The translations under genes and the position numbers were made by a program. Under the pieces are notes generated by a model that saw only the letters and a list, made by a program, of their open reading frames with translations, was not told where the DNA came from and did no database searches. Positions 1 through 13,290 of a DNA stretch of 64,000 nt are shown one piece after another (within the stretch, counting starts at the first letter, position 1; each line of letters starts with the position of its first letter). The stretch covers positions 333,808,001 to 333,872,000 of the forward strand of contig OZ024742.1 in assembly GCA_964016885.1 (NCBI GenBank). Direction: 5' to 3'. This DNA comes from Eledone cirrhosa (Eukaryota).

Positions 1-25
1 TATATATATATATATATATATATAT

Positions 26-120
26 AACAAAGGAATTGTGGTGAGGAACCAGATGGACCATAAGGCAGAAATAGCCGTCGAAACGGCTTGAGCTCTGCGG
101 TCGGGCTCATACTCTTTCCT
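26..120. mobile_element. Short non-autonomous repeat ('family X', probable Penelope-type terminus) with an internal inversion, embedded in (TA)n
   Basis: AACAAAGGAATTGTGGTGAGGAACCAGATGGACCATAA matches 24016-24053. The second half is the reverse complement of 24096-24148 and 61755-61809. (TA)n lies on both sides. Confidence 0.6.
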
Positions 121-549
121 ATATATATATATATGGGTGGGCGTGCATCTGCATTTGATGCTGCACTTAAGGATTGTTTTAATATATATATATGAAAGTG
201 TATAGACCACATGAAATATATAATTAAAAAAAAATCTTTTTGGTTTTTGTAAAAGTGCATTTGCGGAAAGAATCATTGTTATCACTAACCGGTCTCTGCT
301 ATCATGATATTTTCAAACCATAATATGCTGCTGGTGTGTTTGTGTGCTTATGTGTTTTACAGAAATGGTTAACATAGAAACAGAGGAAATAACCATGAAT
401 ATTTTTGCAAATGCCCAACAATGTTTTGCAGGAACTAATTTATTTTCAATGTGTTCTTTAAATTTACATTTGTTTATAAGAATATATATTACATGGATCT
501 ATATTACATCTAATTATTATATCTTCCTATATAACGTGAATTCACTTCC

Positions 550-592
550 CACACACACACACACACAAACAAACACACACACACATACACAC

Positions 593-631
<39 letters not shown>

Positions 632-734
632 AACAGACAAACACACACACACATACACATACACATACCCATACACATACACATACACCCCCCTTCCATC
701 ACACACACAAACAGACACATACCCCCCCCCCCCC

Positions 735-774
<40 letters not shown>
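550..774. repeat. Compound microsatellite (CA)n / poly-C / (TA)n
   Basis: Read directly. Confidence 0.95.
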
Positions 775-777
<3 letters not shown>

Positions 778-823
778 TATACCCGCCTGTATCCTCTGTA
801 TCATGTATTAATTTCTCCCTCAG

Positions 824-880
824 CCTATTTTTCACTGATACAAGGGATTCAATCCCCTTTCTTGACCGGTATATCATGTG
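824..880 (+). other. Candidate 57-nt internal exon
   Basis: TAATTTCTCCCTCAG| acceptor and TG|GTAAGT donor. Length is divisible by 3 and two frames are open. No homology recognised. Confidence 0.25.
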
Positions 881-2426
881 GTAAGTTGTATTTCTGTCTG
901 TTTCTTTGTTTGTTTGTTCACGAACTACTCCTATGGTTTGGGAGATAGACCCCATAACCATATATATTCTGAAACTACATTGCCCAGTTAACTTGGATAT
1001 GTATATTTCATTTTATTCAAAGGGCTACGGGGGTGCATAAACCCCCGCTGAATATATTTTCCTTTCGATATATATGAAATTTAAACCATAGGTAAATGAC
1101 AGGATATGATGCCTATTCACAAAACATTTGATTTGATATTTTGAAAACAATTATTTACAAGAAACAAAATAAGATTTAACAATGTAATTTTGATTTGATA
1201 TATTACAAAAAGTAATGTTTTCCAATTTTTCATGCATTACATTTTACATTGAGTAATATTGAAATGCAGAGTTTTTCTCCATACATATCATTTAAAATCA
1301 ATCACCATGTTCTTACAAAAAACAAGGCGCGGATATTTCGGCTCGTATATATATAATGAAATAGATCGATGTATCACTTGGAGAATGATTAAATGTATGT
1401 TAGTGTGTACGTTTCCCGTAATATAGAAAATAGTGTCATAGGATCCTACTTGTTTCCAAGGTAATTTTCTGTATCATGAGTTCTTCAATATGTTGCTGGC
1501 TTAGAAGAGATACATGTTGTTAAACCTTAATTTATAAATTTGATTGAATCGCGGAGAAAAGAACTAACAGTGTAACATGACAATTTAATGGTATTTGTAT
1601 GTGCACGTTCGATTCTCCTATAGAAGAACTACACGAGGCAAGCACTTCTTTTGTACTGTTTAATTAAGAAACTTTTTCGTTTCTTTTTCATTTCGTTTCC
1701 AACCCTACTCTTTGATGAGAAGAATGTAATGCATTCACATTTATTATATATATATATATATATATATATACGGGAATTTTGATTCCGATATCAAAACTGC
1801 AGCAACTACGGTATATACACTTGCTTGGCAGTAACTACAATAGAAGCAACATTACATACAACATATATGATACATAGAATATACAAAGTATGGGAAGGAC
1901 TAAAGGATTGTTTTGCTATTACATGCCAAAAGAATAGTTCATAGATTCCCTATATACGTTTAATAATAGAAGCAGAACATACTTGGGTAAAGGAAAAATA
2001 TATAAAAATGCAAGTACATTTTGACATTTGAATGCCGCGAGATCATTTTATAGATAGGTAGCTTTATTAAGTATTTGCTTGCCATCCATTGCATTGTTAA
2101 ACTCATGAATTAGCCGGGTGGATAGGTCGTTACATGAAATGCCTGGATATTTTTTCTGAAGCACTCCGTTCTGAATTCCACATATGTCGAGGCTAATTCT
2201 GCTTTCATCGCTTTGCTGTCGATAATATTTTAAACCGCTAGGTGGTGGTGGGTTAGTGTATTGTATCTGTTTTGGCTCCTTGCACTTTTAGTTCAAATCC
2301 GGTTTCATTCAGCTGCAAGTTGTAAGCGGTAGATAGTAACAGTAATGGGAAGACCAGAAGAGGTAATTTCGTCTGTCTTATATGACGATCGGTTCTTTTC
2401 CTTTTTATTAATTCAATGCCATAAAA

Positions 2427-2634
2427 GGCGGTGGATTGGCAGTACCGGTAGTGGGTCGGGCGCCATGCTTTGCAGCATAGAGTTACGGCCCTTTATGATC
2501 TGAGTTCAAAGCCCGCCGAGGTTACCTTTGCCTTTATGGGGTCGATAAAATAAATTACCAGTCACGCACTGGGCTCGATTTAATCGACTTTCCTCTCCCC
2601 CAAAATTGCTGGCCTTGTGCCTTTATAAGAATCC
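2427..2634 (+). mobile_element. tRNA-derived SINE (most abundant family in the window) with an 18-bp target-site duplication
   Basis: GGCGGTGGATTGGCAG head, GAGTTCAAA B-box-like motif and GGGGTCGATAAAATAAA-TACCAG core. TSD is ATTAATTCAATG(C/G)CATAA at 2407-2424 and 2635-2652. Confidence 0.9.
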
Positions 2635-3239
2635 ATTAATTCAATGGCATAATAGTGCAATATATCAGAAGAGGCCCAGTGCAGTATATAGTTGGCTGTT
2701 ATGCCTACATGAGATTAATCTTACATTTTCGAATACAACACTTTTGTAACAATTCTTTTCTTTTCGTGTGTTTAGTTAGAAAGCATATTCTGATAATCAA
2801 CTATTAAAGACAACGGTATGTTACTGCAAATTAAGAGATTGCTTCTTTACAACATCATATACATTTTTTTTTTGCAGTGTCGATAATTATTACACAATTT
2901 TTAAATTGTTTATATAGATAATTAATTCACACTTGAATACTATGGATTTTGCTGCGGAATCAGCGCAGCTTACCAAATACTTACACTGCCGTATGTCTTC
3001 GAAAAATCATGGTAGTATTGCCAAGATTTGTATGCTTGTTACATTGACTTGAAAAGGCGTACTGCCGCTTTGACTAGTCTTGGAATTATACATCTTCTTG
3101 TTGCCTTGAAGTCCCTATACGAATACCATTGTATTTCCTTTTGATATATGGTGGAAAAGTCTGCAATTCGCTGTTCGTGTCATTCCTGACTACTGTCATA
3201 TGTTCTTAGGCAATGGACAAATAAAAGATGACACATACA

Positions 3240-3595
3240 AGTGGCTGAAATGAGTTTCCCCAATGGGTCTTTGGGAGTAATGATACTAGTTAGGATACGT
3301 CACTCCAGATCATAGCGTCACTCCAGGTAGAGATCCTACTTCGTCGACTCAAGAATTCACAGCTCCGATACAACAGGTACATAGTTAGTCTGACTCGGGA
3401 AAAATCGTTGGACAGATTTTACGGGCAAAGCCAACTGACAGGAGACCGGGGTTATTCTTCGAGCAGGGTGGTTGGATAAAATTCATGTGGTCGATTGATC
3501 TTGTTTCAGGAGCCCACCGTATCCATTGGAGACGGTTACTTCTGGAAAGTGTGCTTAATAACTATACACGGATGACGCTCCCAAATGGGCGGATG
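3240..3595 (+). mobile_element. Degenerate RTE-clade LINE 3' fragment
   Basis: Similar to 14615-14857 (ATCGTTGGACAGATTTT...CGAGCA-GGTGGTTGGATAA...TTGGAGACGGTTACTTCTG). It contains a VAEMSF-like RTE motif and runs into a (GAA)n tail. Confidence 0.7.
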
Positions 3596-4207
3596 AGAAG
3601 AAGAAAGAAGAAGAAGAAGAAGAAGAAGAAGAAGAAGAAGAAGAAGAGAAGAAGAAGAAGAAGAAGAAGAAGAAGAAGAAGAAGAAGAAGAAGAAGAAGA
3701 GAAGAAGAAGAAGAAGAAGAAGAAGAAGAAGAAGAAGAAGAGAAGAAGAAGAAGAAGAAGAAGAAGAGAAGAAGAAGAGAAGAAGAAGAAGAAGAAGAAG
3801 AAGAAGAAGAAGAAGAAGAAGAAGAAGAAGAAGAAGAAGAAGAAGAAGAAGAAGAAGAAGAAGAAGAAGAAGAAGAAGAAGAAGAAGAAGAAGAAGAGAA
3901 GAGAAGAAGAAGAAGAAGAAGAAGAAGAAGAAGAAGAAAGAAGAAGAAGAAGAAGAAGAAGAAGAAGAAGAAGAAGAAGAAGAAGAAGAAGAAGAAGAAG
4001 AAGAAGAAGAAGAAGAAGAAGAAGAAGAGAAGAAGAAGAAGAAGAAGAAGAAGAAGAAGAAGAAGAAGAAGAAGAAGAAGAAGAAGAAGAAGAAGAAGAA
4101 GAAGAAGAGAAGAAGAAGAAGAAGAAGAAGAAGAAGAAGAAGAAGAAGAAGAAGAAGAAGAAGAAGAAGAAGAAGAAGAAGAAGAAGAAGAAGAAGAAGA
4201 AGAAGAA
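3596..4207 (+). repeat. ~610-bp (GAA)n microsatellite (expanded RTE tail)
   Basis: Read directly; a few single-base phase shifts. Confidence 0.98.
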
Positions 4208-5106
4208 ATATTTGTACTAGGCATATGTCATAATGATGAAAGTTTGTACTGCATTTTAACAAGATTCGCGTAAATACTAAAGAGTTTACTTCTGCAAACA
4301 TTTCTCGGTGTGTAAGGTAGCTTTGCCACTTTATTGAGAGCAAAATTATATTTTTTAAGAATTAGTCGATCTAGGACAACTAGATATGGTGCTATGTTTT
4401 TTTGTGGTTTTTGTTTGTACTCTTTTTAAAACTTTATATACATAGCATAGACGAAGCCCGTCCTCTCTATTGCAATACATGGAGATATTCTTCTCAATAT
4501 TTCTTGCAATGATAACATGTTGTTGTTTGGGAATGTTCTTGATTATATTGCTCCATTCCAACTGCAGTTATTTTCTTTTTATCCAGAGCGGGAATAGCGT
4601 TTTTTTATATATTTATAAATAGCAGTACAGACGCGTGATGTCCAAAATGCTTACGAGGTACGCTAGGCAATCTTCATGTTCCGTGTTTGATTCCACTGCC
4701 GGCAATTATGATAACGTTAGCTGTAAAGCAAGCGCGGTCCGATCCAGTGTGATCTGTGTTAACAGTTCATATACTGAATGAAGCGATATTTTATTGGAAA
4801 TAAGTTCCAATTATATAGAAGAAAACAAACACCAAGGAGGAATTGATAAATTTGAAAGATAAGAGAAGATAACTTCAATTATTCGATAGTTATTTCGTTG
4901 CACAATTTATCAGTCTCATTTAATTTTCCAACAGAAATACACCATCTAATGTCTCCTTCAAAAATTCTATGGTAATGTGATTTAAATTGAGAGAGATTTG
5001 TTTTCTATTTCTAGCATAACATATGTACCACAACGAGACGCGCACGATCGTTTGCAAAATTCATTATTTCTGAAAAGGCAAGGAATTATTATTATAAAAC
5101 GCTGTA

Positions 5107-5287
5107 GGCGGTGTTTTGGCAGAGTCAGTAGAGCGGCATAGAGTTCTGTGTTCAAATCCTGCCGAGGTTAGTTTTGCCGTTCATCCTTATGGGGACGTAA
5201 GAATGAAAATACCAGTAATGCACTGAGGCCGATTTAATTCACTTTCTCCGCCCCAAAATGGTTAGCCTTGTGCCTAAATCAAAAACA
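5107..5287 (+). mobile_element. tRNA-derived SINE with a 16-bp TSD
   Basis: Same family as 2427. ATTATTATAAAACGCT is duplicated at 5088-5103 and 5288-5303. Confidence 0.85.
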
Positions 5288-7128
5288 ATTATTATAAAAC
5301 GCTCTAAAGAACAGGCTACTATTCAAAGTAATATAATATTGTTCAAGCGATAATATAACTCATCCATATGAAGATATGTATATAATTCGAAACATTTACA
5401 GAATATGGTGTATCTGACATGTGTCATATAAGCATAACTTAATCTCTTTCTTCGTTTTCTACACTCGTCCAATTGTAGATTTAAATAAACTATACAGGCA
5501 CACAATGAACGTTATATTGTAAACACAATATCTTTAAATTGACTCTTTATAGCAAAATAAAATATATATAGACACACACACATACGTACAAATAGTGGCA
5601 TCTCTAAAACGTATCCAGAAATATATATACATATGTATGCATGCATTTATGTATGTACGCATGTATGTAAGTGTGTCTGTAAGTATGTATGCATGCATGT
5701 ATATATGCGTGTATCTATTATGTATAAATGTATGTATGTGTGTCTGTAATTTATGTATGGATGTATGTATGTATCTATATAGCGATGATATATTTATATA
5801 TATATATATATGTGTGTGCGTGTGTGTGTGTTTTTATGTGTGTGTATGTGTGTGTGTATGTGTGTGCGTGTGTGTGTGTGTGTGCGTATGTGTGTGGGTG
5901 TGTGTATCACGGCATGCACGTACATGTAAACACTATATAATCGCTGTTATTAAAATTATTATTATTTATAAAATACATATTATTTTACTATTTGAATATT
6001 TTTCTCAAATTGCCAAAACAAAAGAAAAAAAGAAAATCCTTTACGTCGTGGAATGAAATCGTTAAATTCAAACAACCAAAGTCTTATAAGAAGAAAAATA
6101 CTAAAAACCGCCATTAAATCTAAAATCACATCGGGGGGAAATAATCTCGTGTTCTGTATTTCTGCTTCAATTATTCACAGTATTTATTATACAACATTCC
6201 ATATCAAAACTTGGACGTCTACTGTTAGAGATTTCTGAACTTTTAAACCCAATTAGTTCAGCTAACACTCTGAGTCCGTCTGAAACCTTTACAAATCAAT
6301 TTTGTCTAAAATGTACGATCCCTTTATTACTATGCGTTTTTAGTTCAAATCTGATATATTACTATTATTATTGTTATCATTATTATTTGTATATATATGT
6401 TTTATTTATATTACGTTTATTCATATACATATTATTTTTGGTGTTCTTTAATCCAGGTTTTGTTTGTTTTTACTTTATATCACTCAGCTGCCATTTAGAT
6501 ATTCTCTTTAAGTAGGTTCCTTGGTATGTGTGTATATAACTTTGTAGTGTTTCTGTTATACTTGCTCTCCTTATTCATACTGTCTCACATTTTGAGTATT
6601 GCTTCCATCTGTTACTCCCTCTTTCTCTATTTGTATCTCTCTCTGTGTGCCAAACCTCATTCTCGCTATTATTGTCTCCATAAACACACACTTTCGCTGA
6701 CACACAAACTCACAAAAATACCATCGCTGGCAAACAAGCAAGCACGTACACATATTATGTGATGATTAGAATGGAATCATACATACATGTATACATAAAT
6801 TTGAATGACAATTACATAAAGCCATATTCATAGATATACACTTTTTCAAACAGAGATATCATCACAGATACTTATATACATGCACACATACAATGCTTAA
6901 AAATATATATATATCGAGAGATATTTAAGCGTACACATGTGTGTATGTGTATCAGCTTGCGTATGAACGAAATCGAACAACCACGTGAGATTACAGACAT
7001 CTATAGTTCAAAATACAACAGTATATCTTAGTAACAAAAATAGCTTATACTGTATATCTGTCTATATTGTGTGTATATATATATATGTATATATACACAA
7101 TATATCAATATATATATATATATATATA

Positions 7129-7239
7129 TTTATATGGAGTAGTTTATATTTTGTGTTGTTCACTTTCTAATACATTTATATATATATATATATATATAAA
7201 TGTATTAGAAAGTGAACAACACAAAATATAAACTACTCC

Positions 7240-7246
<7 letters not shown>
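7129..7246. repeat. Perfect ~49-bp inverted repeat around a (TA)n spacer
   Basis: TTTATATGGAGTAGTTTATATTTTGTGTTGTTCACTTTCTAATACATTT and its exact reverse complement. Confidence 0.95.
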
Positions 7247-7283
<37 letters not shown>

Positions 7284-7656
7284 AGAGAGTATGAACTATT
7301 TATATTGACCGCGTGCATATAGATACACACTCATACACACCACTAACACACACACACATACACACACATATATATATTCAAGTGCATAAATATACAAATA
7401 ATTATGCACATATGACGTGTTATTAGTGTATGTCCAGAGTTTACCCAGCTTTATTGACAAATATATTCATATAACAACTGACATTACCAAAAGGATTGAC
7501 ATCAAAGTCTGTAATGCTATTTTCATTACAGGAGCAAGTTCATGTCATAGAGGTTACAGGCAATCAATCAGGAAATCGACTAGGTGTTTTTTTTTCTATC
7601 TTATATAATTTTCCGGTTTTTCTTTCTTTTGTTTGTTTCGTTTTTACTGTTTATGG

Positions 7657-7725
7657 AGGCGTACGACTTAATGGTTAGAGCTTTTAATTTAAAAGCGTAA
7701 TGTTGTGAGTTGAATTCCGGCAGCA
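7657..7725 (+). mobile_element. Degenerate tRNA-like head of a second SINE family
   Basis: GGCGTACGACTTAATGGTTAGAG...GTGAGTTGAATTCC, A/B-box-like. Related to the minus-strand heads at ~33520-33585 and ~42710-42772. Confidence 0.5.
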
Positions 7726-8512
7726 AGATACTAAAGTTTCCGTTCCTCCAATCGTGTCAGCTATTTAAAATCAGCAGTTCATGTATTTCAAATGACGACT
7801 CACTTATTCTTTCGCGATGAATCTCGTTGGGGGTTATAATGTTATGTCACGTGTTTGGGGAATACTTGTCGAGTTACGCGTTAATATTTCCGAGGAAAGA
7901 GTTCTCTTGTTGAAACATATATTGCAATGGTTATTGACTTCTACGTAGTTTCGATATATATTTAACTGAATAGCCTCCGAGCGTTGGATTCATTTTTTGA
8001 ATTTCAATAACAACTTCTGTAAGGGTATGGCTGTAATAAAGTCAATAATTTAACTACTTCGGTATTCACGTACTTTAACTTGGCTCTGAGGAATGCTCAC
8101 TGATTAAGTGCTTCGCTTCACAATAATGAGACCTAGGATTCGATTTACTCCGAGGCGTTTTAGATATTGCCGTAGCCTTAGATCAGCTCCAGAACTGAGA
8201 ATGGAACTGGATAGATATACATTGTATGACAACTACAGAATTTGGTTGTAGCACTAATTCATAATTCCGTTCCTGTCACATATATTATTTCACACTCAAT
8301 CATCTTCGGAATTATGATCAGTTAATGCGGTGAAGAAAAAAAAAACGCATTAACGTAGGTCAGGGTTTACTGTTATCTAAATTCCTTCCAGTAAGTATAG
8401 GAGACGGCATTTACCTTTTCTCGGGCAGATAAGTGTAATCTGCAGCGCCTTTGCCGAGTAATAATTTGATATCAAACATGTTTCCTGAAGTTTAGTTTTC
8501 AAATGAAGCATA

Positions 8513-8702
8513 TAGACCCCGAGCAAGATGGTTGGATAGCATCCCTTAACTCGGCTGATATCGCTTGGAGATCAAGCCGGATCAGTAGGAGACGGTTACT
8601 TCTGCTTGGCCCCCTGGAAGGATTGTTTTAGGACTCTACCTGCACGAACCTCTCAGGAAGAAGAAGAAGAAGAAGAAGAAGAAGAAGAAGAAGAAGAAGA
8701 AG
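8513..8702 (+). mobile_element. RTE-clade LINE 3' fragment with (GAA)n tail
   Basis: TAGACCCCGAGCAAGATGGTTGGATAGCATCC...GGAGACGGTTACTTCTG matches 14703 onward. (GAA)n at 8658-8702. Confidence 0.8.
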
Positions 8703-9568
8703 GTTAAAATCCGTTTGACTCTTCTGTATTATTGCTGAGTAATTTTCCCCTACATGCCTATGTTAGATCGTATCAATTTCACTCATGCCTAAGTCATATG
8801 ATTGATATATTGATTCTAATTACTTTGGAACAAAGTTTGATAGAATCTAATATTCTCGGTGCTTAATTAATTTAGCTTATCTTACTGTAAATTTGACAGA
8901 TATATCTGCCCTCATGCTGATATTTATATACAAGCGCAGCTTATTTACATATACACCAAACATTGATTCACTCTTTATTTTCGTGATTGTTGCATCAGGA
9001 CCTCCATTGTCCTCGGTACTCGGACTGCAGTTTTTATCATCAGATCGAGAAAACGACATCGCGTAATGAGGCAGCAGAAAATGATGGCTGTTCTCCGCGG
9101 CATATATTTCGTCATATTGTATGCGCGTCACAGCTGAAATATACTGTTTCAACAAGGCTGAAGAGATTTCGTTTTCCCTTCCCCCTTTTTTCTTTCTTAA
9201 TTTTTACTTATTTTCATTTTTTTTTTACAGGTTTTCTCTATCCTTGTATATAGGTTTAGTATTATATATAGTGGGTGTGTAGTTTGATATTGCCCGTCAT
9301 GAATATAATATTATCCGTAGTGATATGTTTTATTAATATATCCACGTCATTTATAACCATTAGTGGCCTTATTCAACCGATGTTTAAGCCAGGGACAATC
9401 TATATTCTAAGCAATGTTACTGAAGGAGCAATTTATTTATCGTGATATAGGGGCTGGGGTGATTTTAATCTTCAATCAAATCCTTGTCAAAATATTTCTT
9501 TTTTTGCGTATTTTTTTGGCAGGTTATAATCGTCAATTGCATTAGTAACCTCTCCTTTTTGCTGAGCT

Positions 9569-9664
<96 letters not shown>

Positions 9665-9706
9665 TGACAATAAGAAGTCAGATTTGCAGCTTTTTATGAA
9701 ACCTTA

Positions 9707-9817
<111 letters not shown>

Positions 9818-10772
9818 TAAAGGGATTAAAGGCATGCCTAGAATACAGGAAGTGATCCTTTATTTGCACTGTATTCATAAAAATATCTTCATATTTTCAT
9901 ACGTTACAGCATTTCGTAATCTTCATATATTTTAATATACAAAACATTGGGTATTTATAACCTTACGTTCTTTCATCCATTTTAATGTAATATCTGAAAT
10001 CCAATGCTGTATACACACCACACACACAGAGAGACACACATACACAAACATGTATTTATGTGCGTATACATATTAGATGTATGTATGTGAATATATATTA
10101 GATTCCCTGCTCCATCACTCAAACACATAAAGGCTTATGCGTTTATATGTATATCATTTTAGCACCCTAGCATCATACTTCAAATTTATGAATGCCTCAA
10201 ACCACATGAGGTTCACAAGATTCATAAGGATATGGTGTCTTGTTCTTAACAATTAACAATTCAACTGTGGAATCTAATATAAATATAACTTTCACCGGAA
10301 CAAAAGAGGAGATCCCATAAATGATAAACATTCAATATCGTTACACGAAACCTTGAATATCCATTTGCAGATATATATTGGCAACAAATATATGGATTCG
10401 TATGCCTTCTTCGCTGACTTGTGGTAATTACTGATGTAACATTAACAAGTAACTCTTCCATATCCACATATCGTGTATTAACAGACACCACTTCAAAGTA
10501 CGCATCTAAACACACACATACACTTACACTTTCGAATAATGTTCCCTGTTCCCTCTATATGTATATCTATCTATCTTTATGTATGTGCAGAGAAAGTGAG
10601 GGAAACCGAGAGAGAGAGAGAGTGTTTGGGTGAATGAGTGGTTAGGTGTGAGAATGAAGGTGAAAAGCATTTGATCAACAAATTGCATGTTGAGAAACGC
10701 ACTAGATTGCTTATACAGAATATTTGCACAAACACGTGCACACTCTGCTAACACACACACACAATCACACTC

Positions 10773-10774
<2 letters not shown>

Positions 10775-10851
<77 letters not shown>

Positions 10852-10890
10852 TGTATATACATATATATATATATATATATATTCATATAC

Positions 10891-10931
<41 letters not shown>

Positions 10932-10944
10932 CATATATATATTC

Positions 10945-11015
<71 letters not shown>

Positions 11016-11112
11016 CATATATATGTATGTATATATGTATATATATATATATATATGTACATATATACATATATATACATATTTATATATATATATATAT
11101 ACATATACATCT

Positions 11113-11199
<87 letters not shown>
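10775..11199. repeat. Long imperfect (TA)n followed by (GA)n
   Basis: Read directly. Confidence 0.95.
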
Positions 11200-11201
<2 letters not shown>

Positions 11202-12523
11202 TAGATATATTGTGGGAATGCGCATGCATGTACGAGTATAGGTAGGCTTATTCACGTATTTATAACCAAAGCTATATCGATGAGGAAGGTAAGGAAAAGA
11301 TAAATTTGAAAGAGATTTTTTTCCATTTGTTACTCCTGTTGTTTGGTGTATTTAACGTTCCTTTCATATTTCTTTTCGATTTGACATATCAAGCACGACG
11401 ACAGGTTATTAAATCCTACATATTAAGAATATACTGTTGTTAATCTATATAAATCCATTCCTTGTACTGAATTCCATAGATTCTTGAGTTGGAACTATAG
11501 GTGAGAATCTATGTCGAGTAATTTGTTTCAATTGCTCCTAACAACTGCTACACGAACGCCTATCCTTCTCAATATTATTATATATTACATTTTCTAGTAT
11601 GATTTATCGATTGATGGCGCATATATCTATGATTCCTAAATGGTAATAACCAAAACCTGTCATCAATCTAATGGCTGAAATCTTTGTTTATCTCTGTTTA
11701 GCCCTCCTTTTGTTTGTTATATTTGTTTTCTTTATCGTTTTACATTCTTTGATCCGAACTTATATTTCATTGCATTACTCCATACTGTTTTTTTGTACTT
11801 ATTATTATTTTCATCATTTCTTATGAATCCACATTGCCAGGTTTATTCTTTTCTTCATCTCTTAATTGTGTTTTCCAACTGAATATAATAAAAGCCACAA
11901 TAAACAAACTAAAATAGAAATAAAAAAAATAAGAAAAACGATATATTTGTAATGGTGAATGTTATGTTACCGGGAAATCCTTGGATAGTATGAAAAAAAT
12001 GGAAACTAAATAGAAACAATAAGACATTCCATTCGAGGGCAGCTACACATTTCTAATTATAGCTGTAAAGCTTCTGTTGCACCAAGAACAATTTCAACTG
12101 GTGGAAGCAATGACAATAATCAATTAGTATGAATTAGCAGCCACATTTCACCCGAACCCGACCTTCCGCCTCTGTAAAATATAATTCTATATCGAGTATG
12201 TGTGAATAAAACCGGGGATCTTCACGACTGGAAGGCTATTGATCATATTTCTCTTAGATCAATACTGATATAAAGCTCATAGAAGGTTAACTAAACCTAG
12301 AGTGTCATACTTAACTCAATATGAATGAAGTAAAGAGAAAACGTGAATGATGATTGCTGATATGTCAGAATTATAGATATTGATATACGAATAAAATAGC
12401 ATTTAAAACTCTATTAGAGAACATGGAATGAAATGGTTTAACCAATAACATTAGAGTGTATACATCCTGTTTACATAGATTCATACATATACATGTAGAC
12501 ACACACACACACAAACACATACA

Positions 12524-12648
<125 letters not shown>

Positions 12649-13124
12649 TATATATATATATATATAGGGAGAGTGAGAGGGGGAATATTATTTAGTTCCT
12701 TTTGCTCACTGTGTTGACATACGTGGAGGAAACTCTCTGCTCGCTTAACAGACATCGAAAGAGGAGAGAAACATGGTGTTAATACGGAGAGGGTTCAAAT
12801 CGTAAAACATCAAACGTTTTTTTAATAAAATATGTCTGCGTCCAGGCGCATTCCATCAATGTGACAGTAAAATACACCAACGGGGAAAGAGTTCCAAAGA
12901 AGTGTGGAATAATGGAGTAAAATAGTAGGTGTAAGGAAATCTAAGAAAGACAGAAATATGAACCACATTCCTTCACGTCGTTTAGATAAAACCTAATGTT
13001 GATAACGCAATTCTAAGACCGAGAGCGTGGTAGTTCAAAGTTTGCGAACTGCCATCTTCTTAGTATATTTTAAATTAATTCAAGTATCCACCGTACAATT
13101 TACCTAGTTATAAATTTAATATAA

Positions 13125-13290
13125 AGGCGGTTATCTGCCAGCATAACTAGAAAACAGTATAACAAGTTTTACCGTATTCATTACGGCTCTCTCCACTCTG
13201 ATTTCAATCCATGACGAAGTCAACTTTGCTATTTATAAATTCGGGTTTGATAAATAAAATAACATTTTAGTACTGCGGGTCGATTCCATT
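13125..13290 (+). mobile_element. Degenerate SINE copy (2427 family)
   Basis: AAGGCGG...GTCAACTTTGC...GATAAATAAAA...TACTGCGGGTCGAT. Confidence 0.55.
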
